The notes under the pieces are model-generated. The model saw nothing but the letters and a program-made list of their open reading frames with translations, made no database searches and had not been told where the DNA came from. The position numbers and the translations under genes were made by a program. From the sequence record SRR2962707_771: DNA of 64,000 bases. One strand, written 5' to 3'. Below are positions 60,901-64,000 of this stretch, in pieces. The stretch's first letter is position 1. Every line of letters starts with the position of its first letter.

Positions 60901-61098
60901 ATGGACTAATAAGCTATCGGCGTCTTCTGGTGAAATGCCATCTAAGGTGACAGACACGTATGCCATAGGGATGGTGATATCAGGCGTGCTTTCTTTTGCT
61001 ATTTCAATGTAAGACACCGCACCAGCAATCAGGACCAGGGTAAAGAGTAATAATACCGTCCGAGAGCGGGCAAGCGCCGCTTCAATGAGTGTTTGCAT
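57955..61098 (-). CDS. RND-family efflux permease (AcrB/AcrD/AcrF superfamily)
   Basis: 1047 aa; GMLVDGAIVV, GIVVNNNIVLID, RLRPVMLTT. Confidence 0.93.
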   Translation of the reverse strand: MQTLIEAALARSRTVLLLFTLVLIAGAVSYIEIAKESTPDITIPMAYVSVTLDGISPEDADSLLVHPLEQELKGLDDLKKISSTASENHASIILEFNQGTNIDQAIIDTQEKVNRAKSELPDDADEPTVTEINLSTFPVLRINLSGNVGFSTLSRVANDLQDQIEGTKGVLEAQISGDREQQAQIIIRPEQLNSYHLNLSDVANFVSGNNQLVAAGNLDTGAGRFPLKVPGLLKTKEDILNLPIKVDGDNVVKLGDIASGELTFEDPSSYARVDGKNSISLAVSKRVGANIIDTLDAVKALVKKNSEQWPEGIEYSLSQDESSNIKTSLNDLFNNVLTATLLVMIVIVWALGIRSAILVGLAIPGAFLAGILLLNIQGYTINMVVLFALILSVGMLVDGAIVVTEYADRKLAEGANKKDAYSEAAKRMAWPIIASTATTLAVFMPLLFWPDIVGEFMRYLPITVIATLCASLVMALIVLPTLGSLIGKKGSYSNNTLMSLRIAENGDLSKLKGLSGWYSRVLTRLVEIPIWVLLFVVSLLIGVQVIYGLYGKGVEFFPNIEPDVANLEIHARGNLSLKEKDALVHKVENLLVGNPNLKTLIATTFDSPGNTDAADSIGKISMEFIDWSQREPANEILKQIRQKTAQIPGILVTTEVQQDGPQSGADIQLELSSDYSQPLNEAADLISQQLRSQSSIISVEDDRSLPGIEWRIEVDRAKASRYGVDMNTLGNVVKLVSNGLILSDFLPEGADDKIDIVLRYPVNQRSLEQLDQLQIPSSQGPIPASNFIHRYAGPKQGVINRTDGKKTITIDANVQDGVVVNNVINQIKAQLDSELPNMVSYQFRGNTENQQKSTDFLMKAFFVAFFIMAIILVTQFNNFFQCILILSAVIFSTIGVFIGLMLKGQPFGVVMSGVGVIALAGIVVNNNIVLIDTFNTLRAQGMKVREAAIRTGVQRLRPVMLTTITTILGLVPMVFQLNVDLIHQSISVGAPSAQWWTQLSTAIAGGLTFATPLTLILTPCLLVLGYRRAERKQEAQDQADKLASIES

Positions 61099-61110
61099 AA
61101 ACTATTTTCC

Positions 61111-62244
61111 CTAATAATGAGCGTCAACGGTATCGCCAGCGGCCACAAAGCCCTGGCCAACAGTGATCAGGTTGACGGTATCTGGTAGCCCTAGTACCCA
61201 TACTTTGTCTCGTTCCGATTTCACAATGGTGACAGGAAGAGACGCGACCTTATGCTGTTCATCTAATATTTTGACGGCGGTATGGCCGTTGTCGTCAAGC
61301 GTTAGCAGGGCTGGAGAAAAAGCCTGTGCTTTTTGTTGCCCGAGGGAAAAATCGACATCGGCGGTTAAGCCGGAGGGAATAGCATGATTTGGGTTGTTCA
61401 CCAGTAGCTCAACATTGATTGTACGGCTTTCTGGGTTGGCTTGGCGGCTGATGTAAGACACTTCGCCAGTGGTTTCAAGCCCTGTGGCTAAGTGGACTTG
61501 GCCGAGGGTTCCTTGGTGAATGTGGTGGATCTTATTTTGTGGAATGGGGACTTGGATATGCAGTGGGTTTAACGAAACGAGTGAGCCTATTGGGGTGTCG
61601 TCGCTGAGCATCTGACCTTCTTCTATGTCTAAGGTGTTGAGAACACCAGAGAAGGGGGCGGTTACAGTGGCATTTTCTAAATTAATGGCTAGCGATTTTG
61701 CGGTGCTAAGGGTGGTGGCTAAGTTGGTTTCGGCTTCCGCTAGACGAACGTTCGAGGTGAGGTTGATGTCTTTGAGTTTTGTTAATCCCTTCAACTCGAT
61801 GCTTCTTTGTTTGGTAAGGGATTTTGTCTCTGCTATCTGGGCTTGCAGAACGCGAGTGTCAATTTGTAAAATTGGCGCGCCTTTTTTTAGGAAATCCCCT
61901 TTTTTAACGTAAAGCTTAACCACTTTTCCTTTATAGCTATTGGTTAAAGTGAGGGTTTTGTCTGCCACAGTTTGGCCGGATATTGCCAGCTGTAAAGCGA
62001 TGTTTTGGGCGTGGATTGTGTTAGCTTGAACACTGTATTTTTGCGTGCTGAGTGAGGCTTGATTGGTGTTCTTTTCTGGCGCCTCATCTGCGCTTTTTGA
62101 GGCAGTGTCGTTAGCCGTGGCTGTTGTGTTGCTGCTGCTGTGTTGTGCTGCGGTAATGCCGTGCCCGCCAGCGTATACCCATAAGACCGCCGCAATGGTG
62201 ATCGTGATGGCAACCACTGGGCCTATTTTGCTTTTAAGCTCCAT
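61111..62244 (-). CDS. RND periplasmic adaptor (membrane fusion protein)
   Basis: N-terminal anchor, lipoyl half-motifs (VKKGD, VTAPFSG), GQGFV; upstream of the RND permease. Confidence 0.9.
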   Translation of the reverse strand: MELKSKIGPVVAITITIAAVLWVYAGGHGITAAQHSSSNTTATANDTASKSADEAPEKNTNQASLSTQKYSVQANTIHAQNIALQLAISGQTVADKTLTLTNSYKGKVVKLYVKKGDFLKKGAPILQIDTRVLQAQIAETKSLTKQRSIELKGLTKLKDINLTSNVRLAEAETNLATTLSTAKSLAINLENATVTAPFSGVLNTLDIEEGQMLSDDTPIGSLVSLNPLHIQVPIPQNKIHHIHQGTLGQVHLATGLETTGEVSYISRQANPESRTINVELLVNNPNHAIPSGLTADVDFSLGQQKAQAFSPALLTLDDNGHTAVKILDEQHKVASLPVTIVKSERDKVWVLGLPDTVNLITVGQGFVAAGDTVDAHY

Positions 62245-62337
62245 TAACCGCTCCTTGATGCATTTTGCTTGTTTTTATTATTTTAAGTTTTGCGTCAATT
62301 ATATGCACAAAAAATACGTCATTAAATGATCTTGATT

Positions 62338-62351
62338 TGCTTATATAAGCA
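62338..62351. promoter_or_regulatory. Perfect 14-bp palindrome, candidate operator
   Basis: TGCTTATATAAGCA in the divergent RND/uup intergenic region. Confidence 0.45.
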
Positions 62352-62521
62352 TATTTCTTTGATGAATGTTGTATCGGGTCGCTTTCAGCAGCGGTTTTCT
62401 CTTTTTATTGGTGGCTAATTGTCAATTTTTAGATTGTCACTTCTTGGTTTCGCTAAACCTTCGTTAGGAAGGGTGATATTATACGCCCACAAAATTTACT
62501 CTCTTTTTTATTTGGATAGAT

Positions 62522-64000
62522 ATGAGTCTATTGTCTTTAGAACAGGTCAGTGTTGCATTCGGGCATAATCCGCTGCTGTCAAAAATCAGTTTCGCTGCAG
62601 AAGCAGGGGAACGTGTTGCTATTATCGGGCGCAATGGCGCGGGTAAATCAACGCTCTTAAAAATCATTTCAGGTGAACAAGTCGCTGATGAAGGTGTGGT
62701 TCGTTTGGAGGGAGGAATGCGCATTGCCCAGCTTCCTCAAGAGCTTCCTGATGCCAACAATAAGACGGTTCGTGAAGTGGTCAGTGAAGGCGCTGGTAAA
62801 GCCCATGACCTAATGAAACGTTACTTTGCCTTGTTGGAAGATTTCGAAAACGATCATTCTAATGAGTTAGGCGACATTCAAAGTGAGCTGGATAAGATCC
62901 AAGGTTGGGATCTTGAACAACGCGTAAATCACATGATTCAACGCTTGAAGCTGCCGGCTGAAAAGCTCATGTCTGAATTGTCTGGTGGCTGGCGTCGTCG
63001 TGTTATTTTGGCGCAAGCATTGGTATCAAACCCAGATGTATTGCTGCTTGATGAGCCGACAAACCATTTGGATGTGCCGACCATCGAATGGATGGAGCAA
63101 CAGCTTCAGCAATTTCGTGGGTTGATCTTATTTATTACCCATGACCGTCGTTTCCTAGAAAAATTAGCGAACCGTATTATTGAGTTAGACCGTGGTAACT
63201 TGATTTCCTTTAGTGGCAACATTAATGAATTCCTTGTCTTTAAAGAAAAGATGTTGGAAGAAGAAGAACGTGCCAATGCCTTGTTTGATAAGCGCCTTGC
63301 TGAAGAAGAAGTTTGGATTCGTCAAGGTATCAAAGCCCGCCGTACTCGTAACGAAGGCCGTGTGCGCGCTTTGAAAGCGTTGCGTGTTGAGCGTTCAGAA
63401 CGGATTAATCGTCAAGGCAACGCCAAAATGGCCATTGAGACCAAAGAAAGCTCAGGCAAATTGGTGGCAGAGTTCACTCAAGTGGCTCACTCGTTCGAAG
63501 ACAAAGTGATTCTTCAGCCAATGGACTTGATAGTGAATCGCGGTGACCGTATTGGCCTTATCGGCCCCAATGGTTGTGGTAAAAGTACCTTCTTAAAAAT
63601 CCTCTTGGGTGATTTGCAAGCGGATTCAGGTACCGTTCGCCAAGGTACTAAGCTTAACGTTGCTTATTTTGACCAGCTTCGTGAACAGCTTGACCCCGAG
63701 CAAACCGTTGCTGAAAACGTTGGTGAAGGCAAAGAAACCATCGAAATCAATGGCCAGAACAAACACGTCATTGGCTACCTTGGTGATTTCTTATTCCCAC
63801 CAGAGCGTGCTCGTACGCCAGTCAAAGCCTTGTCTGGTGGTGAGCGAAACCGTGTGTTGCTTGCCAAGCTGTTTACCAAGCCTGCCAACCTGTTGGTGAT
63901 GGATGAGCCTACCAATGACCTCGATGTGGAAACCTTGGAGTTATTGGAAGAATTATTGCTGAACTACGACGGCACCTTGCTGCTAGTAAGCCATGACCGT
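62522..64000 (+). CDS. uup: ABC-F family ATPase Uup (3' end runs off the window)
   Basis: Hand translation: MSLLSLEQVSVAFG, GRNGAGKST, LSGGWRRR, LDEPTNHLD, EEVWIRQGIKARRTRNEGRVRAL, second NBD GPNGCGKST; missing from the ORF track because it has no stop in the window. Confidence 0.93.
   Translation, partial: MSLLSLEQVSVAFGHNPLLSKISFAAEAGERVAIIGRNGAGKSTLLKIISGEQVADEGVVRLEGGMRIAQLPQELPDANNKTVREVVSEGAGKAHDLMKRYFALLEDFENDHSNELGDIQSELDKIQGWDLEQRVNHMIQRLKLPAEKLMSELSGGWRRRVILAQALVSNPDVLLLDEPTNHLDVPTIEWMEQQLQQFRGLILFITHDRRFLEKLANRIIELDRGNLISFSGNINEFLVFKEKMLEEEERANALFDKRLAEEEVWIRQGIKARRTRNEGRVRALKALRVERSERINRQGNAKMAIETKESSGKLVAEFTQVAHSFEDKVILQPMDLIVNRGDRIGLIGPNGCGKSTFLKILLGDLQADSGTVRQGTKLNVAYFDQLREQLDPEQTVAENVGEGKETIEINGQNKHVIGYLGDFLFPPERARTPVKALSGGERNRVLLAKLFTKPANLLVMDEPTNDLDVETLELLEELLLNYDGTLLLVSHDR

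Overview
A gene-dense chromosomal window from a marine gammaproteobacterium. Gene content and order suggest Oceanospirillales, probably Marinomonas (inference only). I found no prophage, IS element, CRISPR array, rRNA or tRNA. In order, the window holds: a MarR-OMF-EmrA-EmrB efflux operon; an AT-rich REC-CheC-PAS/GGDEF module with no kinase; an NCS2 purine permease; two tandem lipid A phosphoethanolamine transferases (EptA/MCR family) that share a promoter motif; a DUF2946 leader (CxxC and RAPP motifs) followed by a structured spacer and a PepSY-TM gene; a purine uptake and catabolism cluster (add, xdhC, uraH, BMP-type ABC transporter, puuE, uraD) with several RutR-like boxes; c-di-GMP and response-regulator genes; housekeeping genes (rlmM, L,D-transpeptidase, ppiC, leuA/Lrp, ribA, DEAD helicase, panE, yajQ, fxsA, groESL); the fimV-truA-trpFBA-accD-folC-dedD-cvpA-purF-metZ block; an RND pump pair; and a truncated uup-like ABC-F gene. 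The best leads are (1) a probable copper-sensing ribosome-arrest leader wired directly to a PepSY-TM gene with no TonB receptor between them, (2) the kinase-less REC-CheC-diguanylate cyclase module, and (3) the duplicated eptA genes with co-duplicated operators. All calls come from motif recognition by eye; no database searches were run.
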